Shown: positions 41,574-55,695 of the stretch, piece by piece
Position numbering within the stretch: position 1 is the first letter of the stretch
How the letters are laid out: each line of letters starts with the position of its first letter
NCBI RefSeq assembly: GCF_009914755.1
Contig: NC_060927.1
Origin: the human T2T-CHM13v2.0 reference genome, Homo sapiens
Reading direction: 5' to 3' (one strand)
Length of the DNA stretch: 64,000 nt
Position numbers and translations under genes: made by a program
The notes under the pieces: model-generated
The model's database searches: none
Seen by the model: only the letters and a program-made list of their open reading frames with translations
What the model was told of the DNA's origin: nothing

Positions 41574-42481
41574 CTGCAAGGGAGAAAAAATATTGTAAAA
41601 AAAACAACAGTTTTGGAATTTGTACTTAAAACCCAAAATGGCAGGGAGCTTTTAAAATATAGCAGTAAACAACTATAAAGAAAAAAGCTTCACACTTGTG
41701 AACTGACAACAAAGAAAATGGGAAGTATAGAACATTTTCCCTTTGGAAGAGTTGGAAGATACCTGAAAATGGCCAACCGGGAATGCTTGAAAAGTTCTCT
41801 AGAAAAGTACTCAGCAACCTTATTTTATTATATGTTTGTTGAAAATTATATTTCCAGAGGAAAGTATTCATCATGAGAAAATATAGAATATTTTTATCAC
41901 CCTTTACACATACATTAACTACTAAAGAGCATATATTTCTAAAGGGATTTTTAATGCTGTCAAATGCCATTCGACTAGCCAAGGGTGTAACCTGGGTTAC
42001 ATAGAGAATGTTGTTTCCAATTGTATGAGGTACTATTCAAAATAAATAAAAACAATAAAATTCCACTTTCAACTGAGAAATTTAAAAAACAACCAAAAAT
42101 ACCTTTTCTCCCCTAAATTTTGACACGTTCCACTTTTTCTTTATGCAAATGGTAACCACATTTTCTCAGTCCTTCTCTACAAAGCCAGTTCATTCTCTGG
42201 CTAGTAACATCAATAAAATACCTGTTCTCACTGAGAGAATGTTCCCATTTGTGGAGTCAGTAACATAGTGATGGTGAAGAAGGAGGGTTTGTATACTAAT
42301 AGCAACACAATTTTGACTACTCTGTTTATTTAAGAACCATTCACTTGATTGTCAAAAGCTGCATCTGTGCTGGACAGAGATAGCATTCAGGGTTATGACT
42401 AGTGGTGCTGAAGCACTGTGCAGAATTCTTCACCTCCCAATGCAGCTAAAATTGTGTCTTTACAGAAAAGTAAAGTAACTT

Positions 42482-43280
42482 TACTTTTTTAAACTTTTAT
42501 TTTAAGTTCAAGGGTACATATACAGGTTTGTTATGTAGGTAAATTTGTGTCATGCCTTGCTGTACAGATTATTTCATCTCCCAAAATTGAGGAGGAACTT
42601 CTCCCTAACTCATTCTATGAGGCCAGCATCATCCTGATACCAAAACCTGGCAGAGACAAAACAAAAAAACAAAACTTCAGGCCAATATCCTTGATGAACA
42701 TCGATGCAAAACTCAACAAAATACTGGTAAACCAAATCCAGCAGCACATCAAAAAGCTTATCCACCACAATCATTTTGGCTTTATCTCTGGGATGAGAGG
42801 TTGGTTCAACATATGCAAATCAACAATTGTGATTCATCACGTAAACAGAACTAAAGACAAAAACACATGATTATCTCAATGGATGCAGAAAAGGCTTTCA
42901 ATAAAATTCAACACCCCTTCATGATAAAACTCTCAATAAACCATGTAATGAGGGAACACATCTCAAAATAATAAGAGCCGTGTATGACAAACCCACAACC
43001 AACATCATACTGTATGGGCAAAAGCTGGAAGCATTACCCTTAAAAATCAGCACAACACAAGGTGTCCTCTCTCACCACTCCTATTCAACATAGTATTGGA
43101 AGTCCTGGCCAGGGCAATTGGGCAAGAGAAAAACATAAAGGGAATCCACATAAGAAGAGAAGAAGTCAAACTATCCTTGTTTGCAGACAAAATGATCCTA
43201 TATCTAGAAAAATCTATAGTCTTGGCCCAAAAGATCCTTAAGCTCATAAACAACTTCAGCAAAGTTTCAGGATACAAAAT
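42482..43280. mobile_element. Primate L1PA insertion, 5'-truncated and inverted
   Basis: 42482-~42582 is an antisense L1PA 3' end with T-rich tail; ~42583-43280 is plus-strand ORF2 RT ([41 protein letters not shown]). TSD taaagtaactt / taaaataactt at 42471 and 43281. Confidence 0.88.
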
Positions 43281-44088
43281 TAAAATAACTTCATTTGAAC
43301 AAAAATGGGCAATGCTACTAAACTAACAGGACAGCTTGTACTGGGGTCTCATAATAGATAATTGCAGTTTTCCTTTATTTATGTTTTCATGTGTCAGCAG
43401 CACATAACAGCATCCAATAGTAATAAGATCTATTTTGTATAAATGTTTCAAAATGCACAATTTAGCTTATGTTATAGAACAGTTGTTCTTAACTTTTCAT
43501 TGAGCTCTGAGTCTCTCTGATGAAAGCTATGGTCACTTCAACCAGAAACAAACTAACAAAACAAAATAATATACCTGTTCATCAATATTCATCTACAATG
43601 TCAGGAGGTTTCACAGGATTCCTCTAAAGTCCTACCAAAATATCCAGGTCAGGACATTATAATAGTATACTTAGCAATATAAAAAGCTTATTTGCAGTCA
43701 TGGGGAGAGGAAATTCCTACAAAATATTTCCTGGGTTTTATGGAATGTCCTTGACTGTTATTCAAAATCCAAAATTGTTGAGAATACCAACAATACAAAT
43801 ACTTTGTCTCTTAAACACATTAAAAAAGATATACATGAATTTGTTTTTTCCTGACCTTCCTTCCAAAAGTACTAACTTACATCAAGACCAGATTTCATGG
43901 GATTACTTACTTGACTCAAAAGAGTTTGGTTTTTCTCTTTTCCCTATGATCTATGATAAATCTGAACTCAACTCAAAAAGGTAAAAGGTACTGGGCTGTG
44001 GTTAAAGGTGGCAAAATGCCAGAACAAATCAAGAAACCAATAATTCCATTTGGGAATAGAGGCTGGACTCTTGCAAAATGACACTCAC

Positions 44089-44190
44089 CCCCAGTGGATG
44101 TGCTGTCTTCTGTAGTTTGTTGTAAGGACTGTATTTAGGTTTCGGGGGCTTCCCAGCAGCTCTGTCTTTGTGCCTTCTACTGCTAATGTG
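44089..44190 (-). CDS. ZNF385D: ZNF385D penultimate coding exon (not in the ORF track)
   Basis: cttttaatag|CAC...GGG|gtgagt; 102 nt; HISSRRHKDRAAGKPPKPKYSPYNKLQKTAHPLG supplies both His ligands of the last finger. Confidence 0.96.
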
Positions 44191-44356
44191 CTATTAAAAG
44201 TAATTTAAAATGACAGCTTTAAAAAAATCATCTGCAAAAACCTCTCACAAATATTGCTTTAACCTGGAGAAAGATATTCATTATTTCATGCAAGTTTCAG
44301 AAAGACAAAAATAAAAGATCATGCACTTTTGTCCTGAGATTCTGATGCCTTGAGGA

Positions 44357-44427
44357 TATATATTTTTATACTATCCATATATATATTCATATATATACTA
44401 TTATATATATACTTATATATATATATT

Positions 44428-44459
<32 letters not shown>

Positions 44460-44739
44460 GAGATGGAGTCTCACTCTGCTACCCAGGTTGAAGTGCAGTG
44501 GCGCCATCTCAGCTAAGTGCAACCTCTGCCTCCCGGGTTCAAGCAATTATCTGCCTCAGCCTCCCAAGTAGCTGAGACTACAGGTGCCCACCACCATGCC
44601 CAGCTAATTCTTTGTATTTTTAGTAGAGATGGGGTTTCACCATCTTGGCCAGGCTGGTCTTGAACTCTTGACCTCTTGATACACCTGCCTCAGCCTCCCA
44701 AAGTGCTGAGATTACAGGCGTGAGCCACTGCGCCCAGCC
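44357..44739 (-). mobile_element. Alu (AluS-like) with adjacent (TA)n expansion
   Basis: TA-rich tract 44357-44441, poly(T), reverse-complement Alu ending gagccactgcgcccagcc. Confidence 0.93.
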
Positions 44740-45620
44740 TATTTTAGTGTATTTTTAAACAAATAGTAGTGTCTTTTTTTTTTCCGAGCTTTTCTTCTTA
44801 TCACTACACACATCTCTTTTTTTTTTTTTTTTTTGAAAAACATTTACAAAGGGAAGGAATGTCTAAAGGAATTTTACATGCAAATAAACAAAGATGCCCA
44901 GGGACGAATGAATTTATTTCCATACTAATGTTTATCCTCACATTTGTACAGTCAAATGTCAAACCCTTAAATTCTAAAGATAAATAAGGTGCATAAAATC
45001 AGCAAAATATTGTACATATATACAAAACAAAATACAACATGAGGGCTGAACGTTTAGCTGGCAATGTATAAATGATCTCTTTGGAAGACTATTCATAGTA
45101 AAAATGAACACAACTTGATTAGTCATTCCTATTGCAGGTGGCTGCAAGATCTAAACATACAGAACAACACCATATAATAAAACACATAAAATGAAAGAAT
45201 AGCTCAGTGTAAAATTACTTGTAGCACGTAAATATCTAAACAAATTAAAACGGAATACTGCAAGTTGATCTTTAAAGAAAATCAACACTTTTGAGTGGAA
45301 AATCCGGTAGAGAAAAGACCTGATATCCCTTCTCCACCCACTCTTCGTATACAAGAATAGTAAAAACTCACAGCCAACAATTTCTGAAAGATTCTAGAAT
45401 CTATTACATTTTAGTATTTCCTCAAGTAACTAAAATAAGTATAAATAAATCAGAACAGTGAAAGGAAGATAAGTGGGTTAACAGATGGGCAGATGGAGGG
45501 ATGGATGAATAGATGGGTGAATGGGACAGAAAGACAGAAATAAAAAGGAAGGAAGCACACACATCCTGCTTATAAGGCTGTCCCTTGTTGGTTTTCATTC
45601 CTAGAATACGTGCTGTTTAC

Positions 45621-45799
45621 CTGTTTAAGTTGCGTTTCCGAGTTGACGTGCACATCACAGATTTCACAGTGAAATGTTTTATTTTGGAGGCCTGTGTTTC
45701 CTTTATTAACAGGTCCTTTGCCTTTCACTCCTGCCCTAGGAAAGGCTTTGATAGTGCCACTTCCATTCCGGGCTTCTAACATGGTTTTGTGCTTAGTAC
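45621..45799 (-). CDS. ZNF385D: ZNF385D internal coding exon
   Basis: attcctgacag|GTACT...AAACAG|gtaaac; 179 nt; (G)TKHKTMLEARNGSGTIKAFPR...TFHCEICDVHVNSETQLKQ; phase 1 in, phase 0 out. Confidence 0.96.
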
Positions 45800-48700
45800 C
45801 TGTCAGGAATATTGAAATGAAGGAAGGAAAGGAGGGAGGAAAGAAGGGAGGGAGAGAAGGAGGTGGGATGGGAGGAAAAAAATCTTAGCTAGTATATACC
45901 TTTAAGAAACAGTACAATAACAAAATCTGATGCCTCATTTTAGTGCAGTTTTTCCTGGCATTATGGGCAGAAGTATATACATGATACAGCAGACTGTAAC
46001 AATGTGCTTTCATCACTTTATATGATGTTATTAAATTATTCATTTTTTTTCTAATGCTCCGCATTACAAACAAGCACCGTTAGTATAGTAACTAAACTTT
46101 AGAGTCCTGAGGGGAAATGAAATGGGTGTGACTTCATTTCATTTCCTCTTGATACTAACAAGACATAAATGATACCTGATGAGGAAGAGTCATTTATTTG
46201 CTAAAGATATAGCTGGAGGTGATGTGTAACAAGTGTAATCAGTTTAAACATGGTGTGTTTATAGAAGTGGCACTAATTAAATACCCACTTTCTAAACAGG
46301 ATACAAACAAGCTTTCGTGGCTATGTATTTTAGGTTCAAAGAGAGAGTAATAGTATAAACAGCTTAATGACTCTGAAAAACAAATCCATATTAGAATAGT
46401 GAAGCCCACACAGGTGGGCTATGTAAACAAATGACCAAGAAGATGAGGGGTGGACTCGTAACCCAAGCATATACACGATGGATAACTGCTTCCTTTTAAT
46501 AAACAAATAACATCTTCAGGCCTTCACACATCATTCATGCAACTCTGATTGTCAACCGTTAACAACCCATTTGTGTTTTGTTTTCTTGAGATCACTGTAG
46601 TTACATACTGTTCATAATGGCAGTTTTCTCTGAAAATTTTGCACAAAATTTCTTTTTTTTTAGAGTTGATAAGTATTCTTCATTTTTTTCACTTGGTCAT
46701 GTGTTTTTTCTGTGACATTTTCTTTTATAATCATTTGTGTTCTTTCTGCCATTCTGATTTTAGAAATATTTGGTAGTAGTTTCCCCTGCCTATTTGAATG
46801 GATTAGATTGTACGTTCGGCAACCATTAAAGAAATGATTCCTAACTTCTGAGTTACAGGCCAGCTTCCCAGAACCACTAAATGTTAATGAGGAAAATATA
46901 TTGTGAAGGGCACTCGAGGTCACTGCAGATCACATTATATTAAGTAAGGGACAATAAATAAATTAAACAGGTTTCTAGCCACATGTTTCCCTTCTTCAAA
47001 ATGATTACATTTTACTGAGTCCAATGTAAAAAGTATTCATTCTTACAACCTAGATGGCCTATTTTAAATATCCATATTCTTTTCCATTCTTATTAAAATG
47101 TTCATATTTCAACACATTAGAGAAAGGAAAAAGTCAATATCTCGCAGGAAGATAGGACGAATTGAAACGTGGAACCAGAGAACTGCTCCAGTGTAATGAC
47201 TGTGATGCTTCACGGGAGCTTATTTCAGTCACCTCCTTTGCAATATAGTGAGCACAAATGCTTTCCACTGCAGCTGCAAATGACATAAGTGGGAGCTGAA
47301 GATGACATAAGTGGGAGGAGGGCAAAGAAAAAATAGTCCTAGGGAGCAAGAAACAAAATATGTAAATGATTATGAAAACTTCTTTATCCTAACAGATGAT
47401 TTTATACAAAATGTTTCTATGCAGCTCCTTCAGTGACACTGAGAAGCATTATTAGTAGGGCTAGTTTAGTTTATGAATGCCTAAGAAGTTAGTTGGAGAT
47501 TGACTCTCATCCTGATTTTCTTGAGGCATTCCAAATTCACTTTTGGTTAATATCATCTGTGATTGGTAGCTGGTGTTTCATAGGTGGAAGCTGAATGGGT
47601 CCAAATACTATTTTAACCTATTCAATAATACTTAAGTAGTTTATGTTGATTGGGAAGAGAAAAAAGCCAGACATAGGTGGCTTGTCTCAGCATTGAGTAT
47701 TAAGTATTCAGGAGATAATGGAAAATTTAAGAGGTTTGGCCCCAATAGTAGGGCTTAGCAATAGCAGGCAAAGATTCAGAAAATATGGTGCTTCTCAGAA
47801 TATCTTTGGCAAGCTAAGACCCATCTATGTCATGTTTTTTAGAGGAAGAATAGAAATGGGACATATGTGAACATTTTAGAAATACCCATCTTTTCAGAAA
47901 GTCATTGGGTTGTTCGAATTATTATTTAAGTATAGTCTCTCCATAGAAGCTAGAAAAGATAGGACAATTAAATATACCCATACCTTATAAACATACACTT
48001 ACACACACATGCACATGCACACACACACAGGTATACATATGATTAAAAATGTGGCAACATTGGGGAAGGGAACTTCAATTAATAACTATTGAGTCTAGGG
48101 TTACTATTCACCATTAAATGGAGTAGAACTTTTAAACAGTGTAACCTCATACATTTAGTAAGATATTGTCAATCATAATTCAATAACTATTAGATAGTTT
48201 TATAAGATCTTAAAGCTTGAGTAGGCAGTAAGTGTAGCTGTATTTCCTCCAAATACAGCTAAAATTTAGGAAAATGTATTCTTAATTATAAAGCATTTAA
48301 ATGTATGAGATAAAATGTGCATTAATAATATAAACATAATTAGTATTAGAAGAACCCCTTTGTATTAAATCTGTAATATGTTTCAGATACTGTGCTAAAT
48401 TTTTTACCTGCTCACAGCTACCCTATGAGCTGGGTGCTATTATTATCCCCATTTAGGAGATAATAAACTGAGACTCAGAAAGACTAAGTTACTAGCTCGT
48501 GGTCACAAAGCAAGCATTACTTGAAGTCCCTGGCAGAAAGAAAGGAGATTTCTAGCTAAGTTCCTTAGAAATTCACTAAGAATTTCTAAGCCACCTGAAT
48601 TCAGTTACACACAAATCTTTAATTTTCTATTTTGTTAATACTGTCTTTTCTAAACTTGGAATTTGAGTCTACAATTCTCCTTCCATCCCCGCACCCCCAC

Positions 48701-51532
48701 CCCCTGCTTTTTCTCATAAAGCTTTTTTTGCTGAGCAGAGTGCCACGAATGGTGACACTTTGCGAAGATATGGCTCTGTGTGGCCGGTGGTCTCCTCTGG
48801 TTTCAACATCATGTAAACATCTTGCAAGGCTGTCCCTTCTTTTGTGATGGCTCAGCTAGGCACTCATAAGTCTACTTCTGCACTACATTCCTTCCTCTGA
48901 GGAGAGACTCTGCAAGGAGCTAAGTGGACTATTTTTCTTTTATCACCTTTAAAAGGCTGGTACTGACAAATACCTTCACCTGAAGCTTCATGATTTCTGA
49001 AAGGTGAAATCATACTCCAACCACAGTCTAAATTCAGCACGGCATAAGGCTCCAAGAAATCCTTTTTTTTTTTTGCTTTCTGCTTAATTGTTCGTTTTGG
49101 AGTATTTGGGGGAAAGATACATATTACGCTTAAAATCAAGTTAATATGGGGGCAAGGGGCTAGACTTCCCTTTCGTTTCCCATCATTCTTACAATTCCTC
49201 TTTTTAGCTGGCTTTCAAGTTTGGTACTGGCATAAAGGAAAGATAGGTAAACAAGAAAACTGGCAAATGACTAAAAAGTTAAATAAATCATACATTAGAA
49301 ATAATTTATTAGGTCACAAGATAAATTTAAAAAAAATTTTAAGGAAAAAACCCCCTAATTTCACCAACTAGAGGTATATAAAAATATTAATAATAGTTAT
49401 CATGTACCAGTCTTTTATATTCTATTTGTACATGTGCATTTTAAAAAGTTGGAATAAGTTAGCTAAAGTGGCTTTGCATAAAATTCCTGTGAAATTATAT
49501 ATATACTTTTAGAAATGCACATGATTTTTAATGACAGCATAGACTTGTAATACATAGAGATGATATATTTAACCATTATCTAATATTAGACATTTGTATT
49601 ATTTCCCTTTATTTCCCTATATAATTATGTTGTAATGAGCATCCTACTCATTAAATCTTTCATCACATTTTTGATTGTTTCCTTGGGATAGCTTTTCATA
49701 AGTGGTATTATAGGGACAAAGAATATAACTATTTTTAAGTCTCTCGATTCACAGTGCCAAATTATTTTCTAAAAATTACAAAGAAAGTTTCAGAGGGGTT
49801 TACTTTATAGGGAAATCTAGTTGGTATAGTCTGAAAAAGTTGCCCCTCTCTAAAATAAATTTGAATACCTTTAAGTTTAGTTTTTCAGAAGGCCCATTAA
49901 ATACTATTTAATAGCATTTGACTAGATTTTTAACAAACTCATACAATTGCCAGCAATAATTTAGTTACCATCATATTGACAAGTTCAATGATTCAGCTTA
50001 TAAATGGGCAGTAAAGTGGTCAGTCTCCATACAAACAGCAAAATGCAAAGCTGTTTTTTTTTGCTAAGGTGTTTATTTATGATATTTGGTATAATAGCAT
50101 TATAACTCTTGTGTGTACTAAGGAAGGAAAGCTCTCTCAAATCTACGTACCTGGAATGTGTAATTAGCATCAAACGCTTCCATGTGTTCTTTTAAAAATC
50201 TCTAAATATCAAGTTAACCTTTTATTATGTTGACCTCCTATATAGTAGCATTTTCCATGTTAATTTTTTCCTAAAGAAGAAAACTTTGGTTTACATTATC
50301 AGAATATCAACAAACATTAAGCACCTGGAATGGCATCTAGGTATCAGGTGACCAAATATTGCCCCAAATAAGAAAAAAAAAATTCTATCATTTCTGTTAG
50401 TTCCTTGGTTGAAAGTAATTCACTGATTTACCAGTAATATATCCAAAGTCCAATTTGGAAAGGTGAAAATAGAGACAAAGAAAACAAGAAGTCTAAAACA
50501 GAGGAAAAAATAAGCATGCTTTTTTCAGAAATGGTCCTGGAGGGAAAGCTCTGAAGTCATTATGGGGTAGGAGACAAGCTGCACAATGGACCCTGTGACC
50601 AAAGGAAACCCAGGGAAGAGCTCTGCAGGCTGAGGGACCCAATGGGCAGAACACATGGCTTATCTGATAGTGGAGACAAATGTGAGAACTAATATAGCAG
50701 CAAGCCTTGAAATTCCAGCCTGTGAAGAGAAATATCAGACATCCAGAAAGCTTTTTTTATCCATAATGCCCTGAAAGTGTGACTATAGAAAACACTAAGG
50801 CTCTACCCCGCTTCTCTAGACACACACTGAAAAATCTTTATATGCACCCATTTCTTCTCCTTAAAAACAAGGCCCTTCCTTAAGGCCATGGAAAATACCA
50901 CATTGCTTTTATATCCATTCCCCAAGAAAGCCTAGTGAAAAGGTCTTAAACTTATTAACATGCAACAATTAATAAATGGACAAATTAATCACACTTCCAT
51001 AGTATAATTGCAACATAATGCTGTCTTATTTATAAAAACAGTGCTTTTGTTTGCATTTTGTGTAAACTAGTTTTATTTTTTATTTTGTTAATGAAAGCAA
51101 CAGATGTTCTTGCTAGAAAATTCAAAGAGCACAAAAGAATATAAAGTAAAAAGCAAAAGCCTACCCACCTATCAACTTTAAGCTCCAAGTCCTCAGTAGT
51201 AACACATTTTCACATGTATACTTTCAGAAATTTTTTAAATATCAGTGATTTTATATGAGGCATAGACAGGAAAAATGACCCAGGTTGAACTTTCCACTGT
51301 TTTGCACTTGAAACCTCATTTAACAAGAATAGTCATATAAAACAACATAGCTAGAAAATGCGTCTTGACACATTTCTGAAGTCACTCATTCTGGTTGTTA
51401 ATCAGTGAGAAGTCACCAAATGTGAAATTAGTAAACCCTAAATGCTCACAGTGATGTAATAATTCTTATTATTAGGTAATATACCTGAAATCATTTACTA
51501 TCAAAATCCCCCAAACATATTATTTGTGAATT

Positions 51533-51737
51533 ACAGCTCTAGTACCTAGAAACTTCTGTGATGATAAAAATATTCCATATCTATACAAATGTATGGTTAA
51601 TATGGTAGCCATTAGCCATGTGTAGCTCTTAACCACTTGAGATGAGGGCACCGCAACAGAGAAATGGTACTGGCAATTAATTTCAATTTAAATAGCCACC
51701 TGAGGCTAGTGGCTGCCATTTTAGATAGTACAGCTCC
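51533..51737. mobile_element. MER3-type hAT MITE
   Basis: agaaacttctgtgatgat...atatggtagccattagccatgtgtagct...ttaaatagccacctgaggctagtggctgccattttagatagtacagctc. Confidence 0.7.
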
Positions 51738-54700
51738 AATATTCAAATATGCCCTGTATGGCCATGTGGAGCACAGGGAGTTATGAGGCTGTTTTCATCA
51801 TCATTTGTAGAAAGTTTAAAGAAGTTACAACAGAAGAATTGTGATAGACGAGTCTCTATCTTTATTTTCAATTAAAGGGAAGCCTTATCATTACCCTAGA
51901 AGATGTTGAATGGAAGTGGCAAACAATCTTTGGGCCTTAATAGCAATAAGGTCATGAACACTAACCACAGCTGAATGGCTTAAATGAGCTTTTCACATGA
52001 AGCAAGTATGTATTTCACTTCTGAACACAGAGTCACAATTAGACATGGACTTCTTGAAGACAATGACTAGGTCTTGCTCATAGTTGTATTCTCTGTGTCT
52101 AACACATAGTAGATAATCAAGGAAAATTAACTGGGGTATTAGATATCAATACAGATTGATGAACAAATACAACTTTTTTTTTCATTTGTAAAAAGAAAGT
52201 TATGAGCTCAGGCTCTAGAATTGTGCGGGACAGATTTTGCCTCCATTAGCTGTGTGAGCTTAGGTTTCTTTGTGCTTCAATGTCCTCATTTATTTTGAAA
52301 AGAAATTATCTGCTCTATTGAAATGTATTAAATGCATTTATTGTTTTAAGGATTATTCTTGACACTTTGATCTGCTCAACAAATTTTAATCAATCTTCTC
52401 ATCCTTCTTTTTTACATTGTTGCTTTTGTTAAGGCAAAAGTTTAGAACCCTCTGAGCATTTTAAAATTTAGTAAAGTCTGTCATTTGATAACTATCTTTT
52501 CTGCATATTGAAACTTGGTGAGGGGATAGAATAAACTCTGTCTAGACATATAAGACAAAAACTAGAATGTTTTTAGCAAAAATTATCCAATGTTGCTAAA
52601 TTAGTAATGAGCTTTAACTATAAACGATCTCAAAGGTTTTTTTCTTTTTTTCTTTCAAATTTTACAGGGAAAACCATCAAAATTAGCTAAGCAGAGCACT
52701 ACCTACTAGGATATTTGGGGGAATTTTTTTTTGTGGGGGGAAATTTTTTTAAAGAAAAAGAAAAACACATCTTTTGTAATATTTGTATCTATAGCATATA
52801 GGTCAAGGGAAGGGCTTCCAAATCTCTTTAAAAGACTATGTCCTCTTAAGGTGTTTAAAAAATTCTTAGACTGTTGTAAACACCACTAGTTAGCTCAAAA
52901 GAGGTACTTCCCTTTCCAAATTAAAAAAAAAAAATCAAAGTAGGAATGCCTCTGTTCAAATCCTGTATTCTAATCTTATGGAATATATATCAATTAATTG
53001 CAACTTCAAATGGTTACACACTAGTGAAAAATCAAAGGGAAAGCGAATGAAAGAACACAATTGATCCCCAAATAATGCCAGGAGCAGCTGTGGTCATGCT
53101 AATAATCATGACATAATTTGATCCTTAAAAATGCCATTATGGCTTCTTAACTCCATTAGCAACAGAGAAAGAGAAAGAGAGATAGAAAGACAGATATATA
53201 CAAAGGCCCAGAGAGGACAACTGACTTGCCCAGGTCCATATAGAAATGTTCTCTGCATATCTGGGGGCAAAATTTAACTCTTATCACTTCTAGTCCATTC
53301 TGCTGTCCTATATCACTGATAGCATTTAATGGAAGTTGCATTCCCAAAATTTGGCTGTGGTCATTTGTTTAGAATTCAGAATGCATTTTCTAAGATTGAA
53401 AAACATGTTTTGAAAGATCATTGGCTTTCCCCTCATAGATGCACATTTCTATACTTAATGCTACAGACCCTATTTTATGTATATAATGTGTTTCTAAAGG
53501 GGAAAAACAAGAAAAACAATTAGAACTATTATTCGGATGCAAGGGAAACATTTCCCCACCCTGCAGCCTGGCTGCTTCAGATCAGAATTGGCCTTCAAAC
53601 CTGGTTCCCTGAAAACACAATCCAATCTTAACACTGGCTTTCTAATATCTGGCTCTGAAAGAAAGCAGAGAAGTGTTTCTGAAGCACTATTAGAGGGGCA
53701 GGGCTAAGTGTAGGAAACAGTGGAGTTCTAAAGGTGGGGCATTGATTGCTGTCTTCTCTGAATGCAGACAATAGTGGGGTATATTTAAAGAGAATTTAGA
53801 AAACAACAATTAAATGAACTAAACGGCCTAGGCAAACTACTTTCTACCAGCACTATGATCTGGCAACTCTAAATAACATCAGCGATAAAGGACTACTCCC
53901 TAAAAAATATTTTGTTAGTCTATATTTTAAACAATTAATGTGGTTACCATTAAGATTTAGTGTATATTAAATTCGCAGATTTTTATTACTTATCTTGTAA
54001 TTGACACCACATGAGCTCCAGACACACACAAATTCAGTAACAAGTTTTTGTGTCATTAGTAAGTTCATAACAGTTCCAAATACCTTGAGCTCACTAAGGG
54101 CACGGTTCATGCATTTAAGCCCTGCGGTATTACATCTTTTTTTAAAAAATGTAAACATTAGGTTATAAATTAACAATGATAGCACAGTGATTATAAATAT
54201 GAAGAAATAGAATCGGAATTAATTTAATTCTGTCATTTTTCATGACCAATAGAAGTTTTTATGTTTAACACAGTGAAACGGAGTGCAGGCCAGAAGTCTA
54301 ACAGTTTCATTTGGTCAGCCCCAATTGTTCAACTTGGTAGTTGGCTAAATCATGCATTCCGTTTGGGCTGCCTTCCTTTCCCTCTTTCTGTTACCCACTC
54401 CCTTAACCTCCTTCACCTCCCTAAGAAACTATTTGCCCTCAAATCCTTGTCTCCAAATCTGCTCTTGAGGGAGTCCAAACTGAAACACGCCACAATGATC
54501 ATATGATGAATCCTACATCTGTGGCTAGTATTCCTGGCAGAAGAGCAGGTATCTCTAGATTTTCTCTTCTTTATTTTGTTCCCTGGATTTCCCCATACCA
54601 CACCCTAGGGAGAAGATATAGAGGGAGCCAGTATGCATGTGGCAGTTGTTTAGTGCAGGTAAGATTGCATTCACATTTATCCACATCTGGAAGAAATCCT

Positions 54701-55386
54701 AGACATGGTGAGCCTTCCAACACTGTTCAAGTTACAAATAATAGAGCTGGATCTGAAGATCAAAAATGGTGGACAGAGGGGGTCAAACAGCAACTATTTA
54801 TGTGTCTTTTCCTCTTCCCTTGCTACCTTTAGTCCTGACACAGCTTGCTAGTGCAAGTCTAAGGAGAGCTCTAAAATGAGCATTAGGCCAGGATTTTGGA
54901 GTGGGTTCTTTTCAAACAGAAAAAGATCTCAGATGCAGGAGGGAAAATACAGGGAAAAGGCAACCCAAGGAGCAGCTTAGAAAGAAGGCGAGTGGCCTTC
55001 TTTCCACCGATTAGGCCTAAGGTTCAGAGAGAACACTCTTATAAGGGAATTCAAGTAAAGGGTGACAGCCACATTTCACCTCCTTAAACTCTTGGATAAG
55101 ATTGTTATAATAGTTCTCAGCTCTGCCTGCAAAACACTGAAGTTTTATTTATTTATTTTTCTCCAAAAACTACAGCTTCCCATGACTTGGATATAATAAT
55201 CAGAATCCCTGGGCATAGCGCTTGGGTACATACATTTTTAAAGCTCTGGGGTAATTTTGACACACAAAGTAGAGATAAGGACCTGGAAGTAGAATAGGAA
55301 AAATGTTGCCCTAATTTGACAAGTAATTCCTTCTTTGTTTCTTTATCAGATATTTCTAATAAGAATTCAAGAAGAACAACTCCCAA

Positions 55387-55695
55387 TTTTTTTTTTTTTT
55401 TTTTTTTTTGAGACAGGGTCTCACTGTCAGCCAGGCTGGAGTGCAGTGGCGCGATCATGGCTCATTGTAGCCTCAACCTCCTAGGTTCAAGAGATCCTCT
55501 CACCTCAGCCTGCTGAGTAGCTGCAACTACAGGCACATGCCACCATGCCCAGCTAACATTTTTTTTCATAATTTTTTGTGGAGATGGGGGTCTCCCTTTG
55601 TTGCCCAGGCTGGTCTCAAATTCCTGGTCTCAAATGATTCTCCTACCCCAGCTGCCAAAGTGTTGAGATTACAGGTGTAAAACACCACAGCCCAC
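55387..55695 (-). mobile_element. AluJ
   Basis: Poly(T) then gagacagggtctcactgt...gcgatcatggctcattgtagcctcaacctcc, a J-type reverse-complement Alu. Confidence 0.92.

Noticed and set aside
41301-41607. Antisense and alternate-frame ORFs over the last ZNF385D exon
   Set aside because: Shadow ORFs caused by GC-rich Ala/Pro codons; no independent evidence.
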